64,000 bases of DNA from the NCBI GenBank assembly GCA_003216975.1, contig QCHY01000006.1:13972-77971 (forward strand), written 5' to 3'. A program made the position numbers and the translations under genes. The notes below the pieces were generated by a model, which was not told where the DNA came from, did no database searches, and saw nothing but the letters and a program-made list of their open reading frames with translations. Below, piece after piece: positions 50,730 to 61,287 of this stretch. Source of the DNA: Prochlorococcus sp. AG-402-I20. GTDB lineage: Bacteria; Cyanobacteriota; Cyanobacteriia; PCC-6307; Cyanobiaceae. Each line of letters begins with the position of its first letter. The first letter of the stretch is position 1.

Positions 50730-52223
50730 ATGTCAGTTAGTTATTTAAAAAAAGAAACATCACCACAGCAAACAATCTTCAATCAAGAAGACTGGTCAAG
50801 TGCATATTGCAATGTTGAAAAAGAATTAGATCATGTTGAACTCAAACTGGTAAAAGGATCTATTCCTGAACAAATTTCTGGGACCTTTTATCGAAACGGA
50901 CCAGGCAGATTAGAAAGAGGCGGGAAATGGGTCCATCATCCATTTGATGGAGATGGCATGATTGCTGCCTTCAAATTTGAAAATGGGAAAATAAACCTAA
51001 CAAATCGTTTTGTTCGCACAAAGGAATGGGCAGAAGAAGAAAAATCCCAAAAATTTTTATATAGAGGTGTATTTGGAACTCAAAAAGAGGGAGGGGTATT
51101 AGCTAATGCTTTTGATGTAAGGCTAAAAAATATTGCCAATACTCACGTAATAAAACTTGGAGATGATCTACTAGCTTTATGGGAAGCATCTAGTCCATAT
51201 TCACTTAATCCAAATACCCTTGAAACCAATGGTTTATCTGATTTAAAAGGAGTTTTAAAAAAAGGTGAGGCATTTAGTGCTCATCCAAGATTTGACCCTG
51301 GCCATCATAAAAGTCAAAGAATGGTCACTTTTGGAGTGTCTACAGGTCCTAAAAGCACAATTAGATTGATGGAATTTTCTACAGAGGGAGAAAATATAGG
51401 TTCTCTTTTAAGTGATAGAAGAGATTCTTTTAATGGATTTGCGTTCTTGCATGATTTTGCCATAACTCCAAACTGGGCAATCTTTCTGCAAAATGCTATT
51501 AGTTTTAATCCTCTTCCATTCCTACTTGGACAAAAAGGAGCCGCACAATGCTTAGCTTCCAAACCCAATGGGACTCCAAAATTTTTATTAATTCCAAGGG
51601 ACGTAGGCAAATTTGCTGGTCAACCTCCAAAATCAGTTAATGCTCCCAAAGGTTTTGTGTTTCATCATTTAAATGCATGGGAAGAAAATGAAAAAATCAA
51701 TATTGAAAGTATTTTTTATAATGATTTTCCTAGTATTGGACCCGAGGATAATTTTAGAGAAATTGATTTTGATGTTTTACCAGAAGGAATTTTGAAAAGA
51801 AGTGAAATCAATCCAATAGAAAATACATTTACCTGTTCAACCATAAGCAATCAATGTTGTGAGTTTGCAATGGTCAATCCTCATTTCGAAGGATTAAAGG
51901 CCCGCTTCAGTTGGATGGCAACTGCAGAAGAAAAAGAAGGAAATGGGCCACTACAGGCTATAAAAAAAATTGATTTTTCCAACAATAAAGAGATCAGCTG
52001 GAGTGCTGCTCCAAGAGGTTTTGTAAGTGAGCCAATCTTTATTCCATCCCAAGAATCAAAATCTGGAGAAGACGATGGATGGGTAGTTGTATTGGTTTGG
52101 AATGGTATTAGATCGGGAACTGATTTAATAATCCTTGATTCTAAAGATCTGAGTGAAACAGCAATTCTCGAAGTTCCTATCTCAATTCCCCATGGATTAC
52201 ACGGAAGCTGGGTTGAAAATTAA
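50730..52223 (+). CDS. Carotenoid oxygenase (apocarotenoid-15,15'-oxygenase-like)
   Basis: YRNGPG, HPFDGDGM, FSAHP, FLHDF, FVFHH, EPIF, HGLHGSW iron-ligand His motifs. Confidence 0.92.
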   Translation: MSVSYLKKETSPQQTIFNQEDWSSAYCNVEKELDHVELKLVKGSIPEQISGTFYRNGPGRLERGGKWVHHPFDGDGMIAAFKFENGKINLTNRFVRTKEWAEEEKSQKFLYRGVFGTQKEGGVLANAFDVRLKNIANTHVIKLGDDLLALWEASSPYSLNPNTLETNGLSDLKGVLKKGEAFSAHPRFDPGHHKSQRMVTFGVSTGPKSTIRLMEFSTEGENIGSLLSDRRDSFNGFAFLHDFAITPNWAIFLQNAISFNPLPFLLGQKGAAQCLASKPNGTPKFLLIPRDVGKFAGQPPKSVNAPKGFVFHHLNAWEENEKINIESIFYNDFPSIGPEDNFREIDFDVLPEGILKRSEINPIENTFTCSTISNQCCEFAMVNPHFEGLKARFSWMATAEEKEGNGPLQAIKKIDFSNNKEISWSAAPRGFVSEPIFIPSQESKSGEDDGWVVVLVWNGIRSGTDLIILDSKDLSETAILEVPISIPHGLHGSWVEN

Positions 52224-52252
52224 AAACTAAAAGTTTTGCAAGAAAACAAAAA

Positions 52253-52843
52253 CTACTTTTTTATTGAAACCAGTAGTTTGTTCAATTCTGGTATGAGCAA
52301 TTTGAATGCATTCCCCCTGTGACCAATATGCTTCTTTTTTTCGTGGTCCATTTCCGCAAAAGTCTCACCTAATCCAGACACTTCAAAAATCGGATCATAA
52401 CCAAACCCTTTTTCCCCTTGCGGGGAAAAAGTTATTAGACCTTCGCAAAAGCCTGAAACTTCTATCAACACTTTTGTCCCACTAGCTATACATAATGCAC
52501 ATTCAAATTTAGCTTTTCGATTTGGAAAAGGTTTTAGCTCTGCCAATAGTTTTTCAATTCTTTCCTTATCTGAATTTGCATACCTAGAAGAATAAATACC
52601 TGGTGCCCCTCCAAGAGCCTCAACACTTAACCCAGAGTCGTCAGCAAGAGACAAATTACCTGTTGCTTGACTGACAGCAATGGCCTTGATTCTTGCATTT
52701 TCCATAAATGTATTTCCTGTTTCCTCAATCTCAAATCCAACAGGTTGAGTCAATAAATCAAATGGAAAATCATCCAAAAGTTTTTTAAATTCTCCAATTT
52801 TACCTTGATTGCCACTAGCAATTACTAGAGGGAGATTATCCAA
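52253..52843 (-). CDS. rdgB: Non-canonical purine NTP pyrophosphatase (dITP/XTP)
   Basis: ASGNQGK, DDSGL, PGIYSSR, GFGYDPIF, HRG. Confidence 0.93.
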   Translation of the reverse strand: MDNLPLVIASGNQGKIGEFKKLLDDFPFDLLTQPVGFEIEETGNTFMENARIKAIAVSQATGNLSLADDSGLSVEALGGAPGIYSSRYANSDKERIEKLLAELKPFPNRKAKFECALCIASGTKVLIEVSGFCEGLITFSPQGEKGFGYDPIFEVSGLGETFAEMDHEKKKHIGHRGNAFKLLIPELNKLLVSIKK

Positions 52844-54296
52844 AACTAATATCTATAAGTTGTTTTGCATAATACAAAGTTGAAGTAACTTCTGCACTGG
52901 ATGGAGCTTCACAATAAATTCTTAAAAGAGGCTCTGTTCCAGAGAAGCGGAACATAAGCCAATGACTTTTATCAAGTACAAGTTTTATTCCATCAGTTGA
53001 AATAACCTCTAAAACAGATTTATGACCAATTGAAGAAGGAGTTTTCTTTTTCAAAAAATTCTCCAAATTCCTTTTCATCTCCATATCTTTGAGAGTTAAA
53101 TCAATACGATCGAAATGACTATTACCAAAACGACCATGAAGAGAATCTATTTTCTCACCTAAACATCTACCATCAGCAACTATTGACTCCATCAAAAGCA
53201 AAGCGGTAAACAAAGCATCGCGTTCTGGCAAGTGATGTCCAAATCCAACTCCCCCTGACTCCTCTCCTCCTATGAGAACTTCTCTTGAAAGCATTTCCTC
53301 AGCAATATATTTAAAGCCAACGGGCTTTTCGAGCACTTCTCTACCCAAATCCTCCGCAACTAATCGCATCAAATCCGATCCGCTCACAGTTTTAACAACA
53401 CAACCTGACATATTTCTAACTCTTGCTAAATGATCTATAAGGACAGGCATTAATAACTGTGTATTGCAAAATCTCCCTTTTTCATCAATTGCCGCAATTC
53501 GATCTCCATCTCCATCAAAAACCAAGCCCATGGACAACTGATCTGCTTTGAATGAAGCCTGAACTTCTTCTATTAATTGAGATAGGTAAGCCCTCATAGG
53601 TTCTGGTGGGTTCCCGCCAAAACATGGGTCTCTTTCAGTTCTTATTTCATGAATAAGGTCATCACTATCAACGCCAAATAATTCAGACATGCAGCCCGCC
53701 GCAGATCCATGCATTGGATCGACAAATATTTTCACACCTAATTTTCTCAAACCATTAGCAATGAAAGGTATGTCAAATTTTTGACTAATACCTAAAAGAT
53801 GTTTTTTTCTAAAATCAATTCTCTCTGTTACATCTTCAATTGGAATTGATATTCCTCCAGCATCCAATCTTTTTTGAACGGAATCGGTGAAAGAGTTATC
53901 AACTGAGCCTCCAAAAGGACCTTTGATTTTCAAACCCAACCATTCACAAGGGTTATGACTTGCGGTGATTACTAGTGCACCAAGTGCATTTTCTTCAACT
54001 ATTCCCCAGCTACAAGAAGGAGTTGGTAGAGCGGAAGATGCCAACAAAGGTACTAAACCTACTCCTCTAACTGCAGATGCAACTGCCTCAGCCATCTCCT
54101 CTGCAAGAAAACGACGGTCAAAACCAATAATTATTTTGTTATTTTTTTTCTCCTTCACATATGCAAGCTCTTGGGCTGCTGCTGCCGCAACTTTAAGCAA
54201 TCTTTCCAATGTGAAATCAACTCCTAATATCCCTCTCCATCCATCTGTGCCGAAAGAAATTTTCTCCTTAGTAAGATTCAATTTTTTCTTTTTCAT
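52836..54296 (-). CDS. Phosphoglucomutase/phosphomannomutase family protein
   Basis: FGTDGWRG, ITASHNP, FDGDGDR, GGEESGG, RFSGTEP. Confidence 0.93.
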   Translation of the reverse strand: MKKKKLNLTKEKISFGTDGWRGILGVDFTLERLLKVAAAAAQELAYVKEKKNNKIIIGFDRRFLAEEMAEAVASAVRGVGLVPLLASSALPTPSCSWGIVEENALGALVITASHNPCEWLGLKIKGPFGGSVDNSFTDSVQKRLDAGGISIPIEDVTERIDFRKKHLLGISQKFDIPFIANGLRKLGVKIFVDPMHGSAAGCMSELFGVDSDDLIHEIRTERDPCFGGNPPEPMRAYLSQLIEEVQASFKADQLSMGLVFDGDGDRIAAIDEKGRFCNTQLLMPVLIDHLARVRNMSGCVVKTVSGSDLMRLVAEDLGREVLEKPVGFKYIAEEMLSREVLIGGEESGGVGFGHHLPERDALFTALLLMESIVADGRCLGEKIDSLHGRFGNSHFDRIDLTLKDMEMKRNLENFLKKKTPSSIGHKSVLEVISTDGIKLVLDKSHWLMFRFSGTEPLLRIYCEAPSSAEVTSTLYYAKQLIDISFG

Positions 54297-54349
54297 CTTT
54301 TATGTTGGAGAAACTTTGTACTTAAAGAAATGCAGATTAGTCTGAGAGT

Positions 54350-55804
54350 ATGAAATGTAATAAATCCAAGACAATTAACGATCACCTTTTAAGGAGTTGG
54401 ATTCGATGCAGAAGAAAAGCTTGGCTTGAAATCTATGGCGATAAACAAAAAAAATTGTGGACAGCTCACAGCACACTTCAATTAAATCATCAAATCGACT
54501 GCTTTCATAATCTCGCACAAAAAAGTTATGGGATAGGAATTCAAGCTTGTAAAGAGGGTAAAAATATCGTTTATGGAATCAGACTTAAATTACCTTTAAT
54601 AAAACATAGACTTATCAAAGGTAATTTACCTATTTTGAAAAAGACATCTGGAGAGAGTATTTGGGGTAGTTTTTCTTACCAACCTGTATTAGCCAGGCAA
54701 GGTAAAAAAATCACAAGAGAGCACAGATTAATACTTTCCATGACAGGTTTATTCATAAATAATATACAAAAATATCAGGTCCAAAAAGGTTTAATACTCC
54801 ATAAAGAAAGTGAAATCATAAAAGTCGAAAAGATAAGATTAACCGATAAAATGAATACAGAATTAATAGAATCATTATTAAATCTAGAGAAAGATATTGA
54901 ATCCAAAACTCCTCCACCAATCACTTCTAATCGAAAAAAATGCACTATATGTTCTTGGAGAAGTCATTGTAATAGTGTCGCCAGTAAAAAAGGATATCTA
55001 AGTGAAGTGAGTGGAATAGGAGCGAAAAGAGAACTTTTGTTAAACAAAATTGGTATAAAAAATATAGAAGATTTAGCAAAAACTAAGCATTACAAGCTGA
55101 AGGGAAAGCTTGACAAATTTGGCACACAGCATGGTGATATTTCAAAACAACTTATTTTACAAGCGCAATCCCAATCAAAGGATAAGGCAATCAAGCTAAA
55201 TCCAGCAAAAAATCTAAACAACCTAAAAGAAGCAAAAGGTTTATTGATTTATGATATTGAATCTGACCCAGATATTAAACATGATTTTTTACACGGTTTC
55301 ATTCGAATACCAAACAATATTCATAAGGAGATAAATTTAAAAAAAATTAAATATTCACCATTACTTAATCTTAAAAAGGATACAGAAAATTCACTATGGA
55401 AAAGAATAAATAGAAAGTTAAATCATCACAAAGATCTTCCAATACTCCATTACGGTGAAACAGAGCCTATATCTTTACTAAAACTAGGATTACAGCAAGG
55501 GGCTAGTCCTCATGAACTTGATGCGATAAAAAAAAGATTTATTGATATACATCTATTAATTAGAGAATACTGGTGCCTTCCTGTAAGGAATTATGGACTG
55601 AAAGCAATCGCAGAATTCATAGGATTTGAATGGGAGCAATCAAATACTGACGGAGCTAGAGCTCTTTTATGGTGGAGGCAATGGAAGAAATCTCGTAAAT
55701 TAAATCATGTTTACTCTAAAAATTTAAATTCAATCTTTAGATATAATCGTGATGATTGTATTGCGACGTTAATGATCGCAAAGTGGTTAATAGATCAAGA
55801 GTGA
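54350..55804 (+). CDS. TM0106-family RecB-like nuclease with C-terminal RNase H-like domain
   Basis: RCRRKAWL, CTICSWRSHC, VSGIG HhH, YDIESDP, YGLKAIA, YNRDDC. Confidence 0.82.
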   Translation: MKCNKSKTINDHLLRSWIRCRRKAWLEIYGDKQKKLWTAHSTLQLNHQIDCFHNLAQKSYGIGIQACKEGKNIVYGIRLKLPLIKHRLIKGNLPILKKTSGESIWGSFSYQPVLARQGKKITREHRLILSMTGLFINNIQKYQVQKGLILHKESEIIKVEKIRLTDKMNTELIESLLNLEKDIESKTPPPITSNRKKCTICSWRSHCNSVASKKGYLSEVSGIGAKRELLLNKIGIKNIEDLAKTKHYKLKGKLDKFGTQHGDISKQLILQAQSQSKDKAIKLNPAKNLNNLKEAKGLLIYDIESDPDIKHDFLHGFIRIPNNIHKEINLKKIKYSPLLNLKKDTENSLWKRINRKLNHHKDLPILHYGETEPISLLKLGLQQGASPHELDAIKKRFIDIHLLIREYWCLPVRNYGLKAIAEFIGFEWEQSNTDGARALLWWRQWKKSRKLNHVYSKNLNSIFRYNRDDCIATLMIAKWLIDQE

Positions 55805-55819
55805 AGATATAGTAATAGA

Positions 55820-56665
55820 TTAAAAAGGCATACTAAAAGAGATTGGCTTTTTTATAGTAATAGATTCATCTTTTTCAGAAAAACACATATCCTTATCAAG
55901 AAAATTATTTTTGATTAAAGCAAGTCCAAAACAAGAATTTTTAATTTTAATTGAAGATGTAACAACTCCTACTTTCTTTTTTAATTCGTTATCTTTATTA
56001 GTATTAAGAAATATTTTGCCAATTTCGAAATTATCAATTTCCCCAGCAGCCTCCCAATAACGAAGTTGATATTTTAAAGATTTAGATCTAAAGAATCTTG
56101 CAATTGCTTCTTGACCTAAATAACAACCTTTATCAAGCTTTATAATATCTCCTAAACCTAATTCATATGGGTTTGTTTCTCCATTCATCTCTCTATCATA
56201 TGTAGGTATTCCTTGTCTTATTTTCCATATTTCTAACTCTTCTTGAGTTGCTTTCCTATAGTTTGAAAATTCATTTTCAACAAAATTACTATTCCCAATC
56301 CAACTTGGAGTTAACTCCTTCCATGATTGATAGTTATTTATTTTTTGTATTCTTCTGATTGGTTTTAGAACTTCTAACTTTACTTGATCGGCTGGAAATA
56401 TTACTGATTCGAACCCCTCAATTATAGAATTAATTTCACCACATATTATGATTATTTGAGCCAAATTATTTGAAATTCGAATTTCCAATAAAGCTTTTAA
56501 ACTTCCTTTAGATGACAACCAACAGCTCAAAAAAGTTCTGTCTAATTGTTTCTGAGCAAAAATATTAGCAGTTGTTTGACCATGTAAAAAAGCAGCAGTC
56601 CCCTCCCCTTTTAAAAGTAATGAAGGGAATGTTTCATCCCAAATCAATGATTTAGTTTCTGCCAT
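55820..56665 (-). CDS. Folate-binding protein, YgfZ/GcvT-like
   Basis: FLHGQTTA and KGCYLGQE signature. Confidence 0.9.
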   Translation of the reverse strand: MAETKSLIWDETFPSLLLKGEGTAAFLHGQTTANIFAQKQLDRTFLSCWLSSKGSLKALLEIRISNNLAQIIIICGEINSIIEGFESVIFPADQVKLEVLKPIRRIQKINNYQSWKELTPSWIGNSNFVENEFSNYRKATQEELEIWKIRQGIPTYDREMNGETNPYELGLGDIIKLDKGCYLGQEAIARFFRSKSLKYQLRYWEAAGEIDNFEIGKIFLNTNKDNELKKKVGVVTSSIKIKNSCFGLALIKNNFLDKDMCFSEKDESITIKKPISFSMPF

Positions 56666-57243
56666 TATAAGCTTTTTGCTCTTTGAACAATATCTTTTAA
56701 AAAGAAAAGACTATTTAAATCTAAATCAGCCTTAGACATAGCTTCTAGTCCTCCTTCTTCTCTATCAACTATTGCTAGTACTTGGTTAACTAAATACCCT
56801 TGATTTCTAAGTTGCTCAACAGCTTTTAAAGAAGAGCCACCAGTGGTAACAACATCCTCTAGGACCGTAATAACAGAACCCTTTGGAGGTAAAGGCCCTT
56901 CTAACCATGCTCCAGTTCCATGACCTTTGGCTTCTTTCCTTACTATTAAACCACTCAAATCAATACCTGATTGAGCTGCCAACATTACAACACCACTAAC
57001 AAGAGGGTCAGCACCCAAAGTCAAGCCCGCCACGCCAGTATCAATTTCATTTATTTGCTCAAGGAATAGTGCACTTATAGACAAGATACCTGGACCTGAA
57101 AGAGAGACTGGCTTGCAATTGACGTAATGAGAACTTTTTTTTCCGGAAGCTAAAGAAAAATCGCCAAACCTATAAGCTTTTTGAGCTAATAAAGTTAAAA
57201 GATTTTCTTTTATTCCATCTAATGAGGGATCCAATGGATTCAT
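56665..57243 (-). CDS. pyrE: Orotate phosphoribosyltransferase
   Basis: [32 protein letters not shown] loop. Confidence 0.95.
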   Translation of the reverse strand: MNPLDPSLDGIKENLLTLLAQKAYRFGDFSLASGKKSSHYVNCKPVSLSGPGILSISALFLEQINEIDTGVAGLTLGADPLVSGVVMLAAQSGIDLSGLIVRKEAKGHGTGAWLEGPLPPKGSVITVLEDVVTTGGSSLKAVEQLRNQGYLVNQVLAIVDREEGGLEAMSKADLDLNSLFFLKDIVQRAKSL

Positions 57244-57352
57244 ATCTTTATATGCAAGTTTAATTATTAAACATCTTGGTTAGATTAGATATATATTTAC
57301 TTTAGGCAAACTAATTAACTATTATCAAAAAAAGTTTTAGTCCTGCTTTTTT

Positions 57353-57425
57353 GGGGGTGTAGCAATCTGGTGAATGCAGCGAACTCATAATTCGCCTTAG
57401 GCGAGTTCGATCCTCGCCACCCCCA
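57353..57425 (+). tRNA. tRNA with CAU anticodon; non-initiator, probably tRNA-Ile2 (lysidine), elongator Met not excluded
   Basis: GGGGGTG/CACCCCC acceptor, GCGAA-CTCATAA-TTCGC anticodon arm, GTTCGATCC T loop; G1-C72 pair argues against fMet. Confidence 0.88.
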
Positions 57426-57439
57426 TAGAAAATTTATTA

Positions 57440-58708
57440 ATGAGTTTATTACTTCTTTTTGTATTGCTTGTAATACCAGCATTTTTCAATGCAGGTCAAT
57501 TTGCCATTTTGCGACTTCGTTCAACAAAGGTTCAAAGGCTTGTAGAAGATGGACTACCTGGTTCCAATTCCATAATTCGTCTACAAAAACGGCTCAGAAG
57601 AACTCTTTTAATAGCAGAATTAGGTATAACAATTTCATTAATTTCAATTGGTTGGATCTGTAAAAATTTTGCAATTCAACGGTGGGGAAATAATGCTTCA
57701 ATTAACTATTTTTTAGATCTAGGACTTTTTATTACTGTTGTACTTTTAGCAACTCTGATATCTGGTCTTCTTCCAAAAGCACTTGTTCTTAATCAACCAG
57801 AGACTTCAGCCCTAAAATTATCACCTCTAATTGAAGCTTCAATAAAATGGATGTCTCCATTGCTTTCTTTGCTAGAAGGACTTGCTTTATTAATTCTTAG
57901 ATTATTTGGACTGAATTCTAAATCAGAAAGTCTTACGACAGCTGCATTCTCAGCAGGAGAATTAGAGAAATTAATTGAAACTGGTGGCGTAACAGGGTTA
58001 AAACCTGATGAAAGAAACATACTTGAAGGTGTTTTTGCTTTAAGAGATACACAAGTCAGAGAAGTAATGGTTCCCAGATCAGGGATGGTTACCCTTCCAA
58101 GAGAGGTTTCCTTCACTCAAATGATGGAAGAAGTTCATAAAACTCGTCATGCAAGATACTTAGTAATTGATGATTCACTTGATAATGTTCTTGGAGTTTT
58201 AGATCTAAGGCAACTTGCTGATCCAATAGCTAAAGGGGAAATGCAAGCCAACTCATCTTTAGAGCCTTATATAAAACCAGTTGTTCGTGTTTTAGAAACT
58301 TCTACTTTGGCCGAATTGTTACCTCTAATAAAAAATGGGAACCCACTACTATTGGTTGTTGATGAATATGGAGGTACTGAAGGATTAATAACATCAGCAG
58401 ACTTAACAGGTGAAATTGTTGGTGATGAAATTCAATTTGATAATAAAGAATCTGAGCTCAAACCTATTGATGACTTAAAAAAAATATGGATTACTTCTGG
58501 GGAGATAGAAGTTATAGAACTAAATAGAGAGCTTAAATTAGAATTGCCAGAAGCTGCTGATCATTACACTCTTGCGGGATTTGTTTTAGAGAAACTCCAA
58601 GAAATTCCTAACTCAGGAGAAACTTTCGTTCATAATGAAATTGTATTTGAAATTATCTCCATGAAAGGTCCAAGGATAAACAAAGTTAAAATAACTCTTC
58701 CTAAATAA
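57440..58708 (+). CDS. CNNM/DUF21-CBS-CorC (hemolysin-like) transporter-associated protein
   Basis: FFNAGQFA, LLPKALV, tandem CBS domains, VVDEYGGTEG, TLAGFVL...IP CorC domain. Confidence 0.9.
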   Translation: MSLLLLFVLLVIPAFFNAGQFAILRLRSTKVQRLVEDGLPGSNSIIRLQKRLRRTLLIAELGITISLISIGWICKNFAIQRWGNNASINYFLDLGLFITVVLLATLISGLLPKALVLNQPETSALKLSPLIEASIKWMSPLLSLLEGLALLILRLFGLNSKSESLTTAAFSAGELEKLIETGGVTGLKPDERNILEGVFALRDTQVREVMVPRSGMVTLPREVSFTQMMEEVHKTRHARYLVIDDSLDNVLGVLDLRQLADPIAKGEMQANSSLEPYIKPVVRVLETSTLAELLPLIKNGNPLLLVVDEYGGTEGLITSADLTGEIVGDEIQFDNKESELKPIDDLKKIWITSGEIEVIELNRELKLELPEAADHYTLAGFVLEKLQEIPNSGETFVHNEIVFEIISMKGPRINKVKITLPK

Positions 58709-58745
58709 TTTTTTTAAAAGGCTATTAATTAATAAGAATGTAAAC

Positions 58746-59768
58746 ATGCAAACAATTTCAAAGATCAACGAAAATATTATTCCTGTAAAAGTTGGGGTAA
58801 TAGGTATTGGAAATATGGGGTGGCACCATGCAAGAGTACTAAGTCTTCTCAAAGATGCTGATTTAATTGGAGTTGCAGATTTAGACGAAGAAAGAGGAAA
58901 GTTGGCTATGGAGCAATTTAATTGTAATTGGTATAGAAATTACAAGGATTTATTAAATCAAGTAGAAGCTGTATGTATTGCTGTACCTACGTTATTTCAC
59001 CATGGAGTAGGTCTAGAGTGTTTAAACTCAGGTAAACATGTGTTAATTGAAAAACCGATAGCAGCAAATAAAGAAGAGGCATCATCGTTGATTAGTGCTT
59101 CAAATAATGCTGAAAAATTATTACAAGTTGGTCACATAGAAAGATTTAATCCAGCTTTTAGAGAATTAACAAAAGTAGTCGCTAATGAAGAAGTTGTAGT
59201 TCTTGAAGCTAGAAGGCATAGTCCTCATCCAGAGAGAGCTAATGATGTTTCAGTCGTATTGGATTTAATGATCCACGATATTGATTTAGTTATTGAACTT
59301 GCAAATTCAAAAGTTATAAGGCTTGCTGCCGTTGGAGGATGCAGTGGAGATGGACCTATGGATTACGTTAATGCGACACTTGGTTTTCAAAATGGAGTGG
59401 TTGCTAGTCTTACTGCTAGCAAAATGAGTCACAAAAAAATTAGAAGTTTAAGCGCTCATTGCAAACAAAGTCTTATAGAAACAGATTTTCTAAATCACAA
59501 TATTCACATCCATAGAAAGGCTCATGAATGGTATTCAGCCGACCATGGAGAACTGCTCTATAGAAATGATGGATTTATCGAAGAAGTCAGCACAACATCA
59601 ATTGAGCCGTTGTATGCAGAGCTGGAACATTTTCTACAATGCGTGAGAGGCAAGGAGAAACCAGCTGTTGGAGGACTTCAAGCATCTAGGGCACTTCATC
59701 TTGCTGATTTAATTGAGAAAGCAGTATCAATGCCAAGTGAAGACATTTTGCTTAAAAAAGGTATATAG
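58746..59768 (+). CDS. Gfo/Idh/MocA family oxidoreductase
   Basis: GVIGIGNMG, HVLIEKP, VGHIERFNP, DLMIHDID. Confidence 0.9.
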   Translation: MQTISKINENIIPVKVGVIGIGNMGWHHARVLSLLKDADLIGVADLDEERGKLAMEQFNCNWYRNYKDLLNQVEAVCIAVPTLFHHGVGLECLNSGKHVLIEKPIAANKEEASSLISASNNAEKLLQVGHIERFNPAFRELTKVVANEEVVVLEARRHSPHPERANDVSVVLDLMIHDIDLVIELANSKVIRLAAVGGCSGDGPMDYVNATLGFQNGVVASLTASKMSHKKIRSLSAHCKQSLIETDFLNHNIHIHRKAHEWYSADHGELLYRNDGFIEEVSTTSIEPLYAELEHFLQCVRGKEKPAVGGLQASRALHLADLIEKAVSMPSEDILLKKGI

Positions 59769-59793
59769 CTAAGCCTCATTAAATCACTACAAA

Positions 59794-59842
59794 AAAATAA
59801 AATTTTTGCCCGATATTTTACTTCGAACAAAAATTTTATTTT
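59794..59842. terminator. AT-rich inverted repeat between convergent oxidoreductase and psbK, possible bidirectional terminator
   Basis: AAAATAAAATTTTTG-N19-CAAAAATTTTATTTT. Confidence 0.45.
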
Positions 59843-59902
59843 GTTAAGAACCTCTAATAGATTACTTAAATTGTAAAAAATACAGAAGAAAAAGCATCGC
59901 TT

Positions 59903-60046
59903 TTAGCGAAAGCCAACTGCTGCTTGCCAAACAAAAACAAGTAGAAAAAAGAATAGAGGTATGAGCGGAAGTACATCCACTGTTGGTGCAAAAGCCTGGT
60001 AAGCAACCGGAAGTTCAGCAAGTAAGTCGAGATTAATCAATGCCAT
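59903..60046 (-). CDS. psbK: Photosystem II protein K (not in ORF track)
   Basis: Manual translation [47 protein letters not shown]. Confidence 0.96.
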   Translation of the reverse strand: MALINLDLLAELPVAYQAFAPTVDVLPLIPLFFFLLVFVWQAAVGFR

Positions 60047-60080
60047 CCCTAAGAAATAATGGACGTATTAAGCACGCACG

Positions 60081-61211
60081 CTACCACGTATGACGCGCTT
60101 TAGAGTCACTCTGCCACGGAGCGAAATCCTCTGAAAAACAACCTGCCCGAATTGCTTGCCTCATAGCACCTGTAAAACGGATCAAATGAGTAAGATTATG
60201 CAAACTTAAAAGGGTAAGACCTAGCAACTCTTTGTTGCGAATTAAATGATGAATATATGCCCTTGTGTATCCAGTACAAGCTTCACAAGGGCAAGATGAA
60301 TCCAGTGGCCTGTAATCGTCTTTAAAACGTGAATTGCGTAAGTTCCAGGTCTCTCCATTAACCAAAGCGCTGCCATGCCTTCCCAAGCGCGTAGGGATGA
60401 CACAATCGAATAAATCTATTCCATTGGCTACTGCTATTGCCATTTCTTGCAATGTTCCTATTCCCATAAGGTATCTTGGCCGATCTTCCGGCAAAAAAGG
60501 ACAGGTCTCTCGAACGATTTTATGCATTTGACTTATTGGTTCACCTACGCTCACTCCTCCTATAGCGATCCCTGGCAAATCAAATCCTGAGACAATTTTT
60601 GCACTCAATTCCCTTAAATGAGGGAAACAACCCCCTTGAACTATTCCAAAAACTGCTTGATCATCTTTGGAATGAGCATTTAGACATCTTTCCAGCCAAA
60701 GGTGAGTTCTTTTACAAGCCGCCTCAACTTCTACTTCACTTGATGGGTAAGGGGGGCATTGATCAAAAGCCATTGCGATATCAGACCCTAAAGCCATTTG
60801 AATCTGAATAGCTTTTTCAGGAGTCAAAAAAATATGTTTACCATCTCTTGGACTTTGAAATGAAACTCCTTCATCATCAATTTTATTTAGCTTTGCCAAA
60901 CTAAAGACTTGAAAGCCTCCAGAGTCAGTAAGTATGGGCTTATTCCAATTCATAAATTCATGTAGCCCACCTGCTTCTTGAACAATCTTTTCTCCAGGCT
61001 GCAGATGAAGATGGAAAGTATTAGCAAGAATCATCTCTGCTCCTGTTTTTTTAAGCTGCTCAGATGTAACGCCCTTGACTGTTCCTAAAGTCCCGACAGG
61101 CATAAATCTGGGAGTATTTATAATTCCATTTGGCGTTTTAAAAGAACAGACACGAGCTAATGTCGAATTGCATCTGCTTTTTATTTGGAAATCAAAGAAG
61201 GGCTTTTTCAA
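60081..61211 (-). CDS. tgt: Queuine tRNA-ribosyltransferase
   Basis: [40 protein letters not shown]...H zinc site. Confidence 0.97.
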   Translation of the reverse strand: MKKPFFDFQIKSRCNSTLARVCSFKTPNGIINTPRFMPVGTLGTVKGVTSEQLKKTGAEMILANTFHLHLQPGEKIVQEAGGLHEFMNWNKPILTDSGGFQVFSLAKLNKIDDEGVSFQSPRDGKHIFLTPEKAIQIQMALGSDIAMAFDQCPPYPSSEVEVEAACKRTHLWLERCLNAHSKDDQAVFGIVQGGCFPHLRELSAKIVSGFDLPGIAIGGVSVGEPISQMHKIVRETCPFLPEDRPRYLMGIGTLQEMAIAVANGIDLFDCVIPTRLGRHGSALVNGETWNLRNSRFKDDYRPLDSSCPCEACTGYTRAYIHHLIRNKELLGLTLLSLHNLTHLIRFTGAMRQAIRAGCFSEDFAPWQSDSKARHTW

Positions 61212-61287
61212 TTATTCCTAAATATTCGATAACTTAAACTACTTATATAACTAATTTGAGACCGAAGGAACAGTTGAGGTTGCAATT

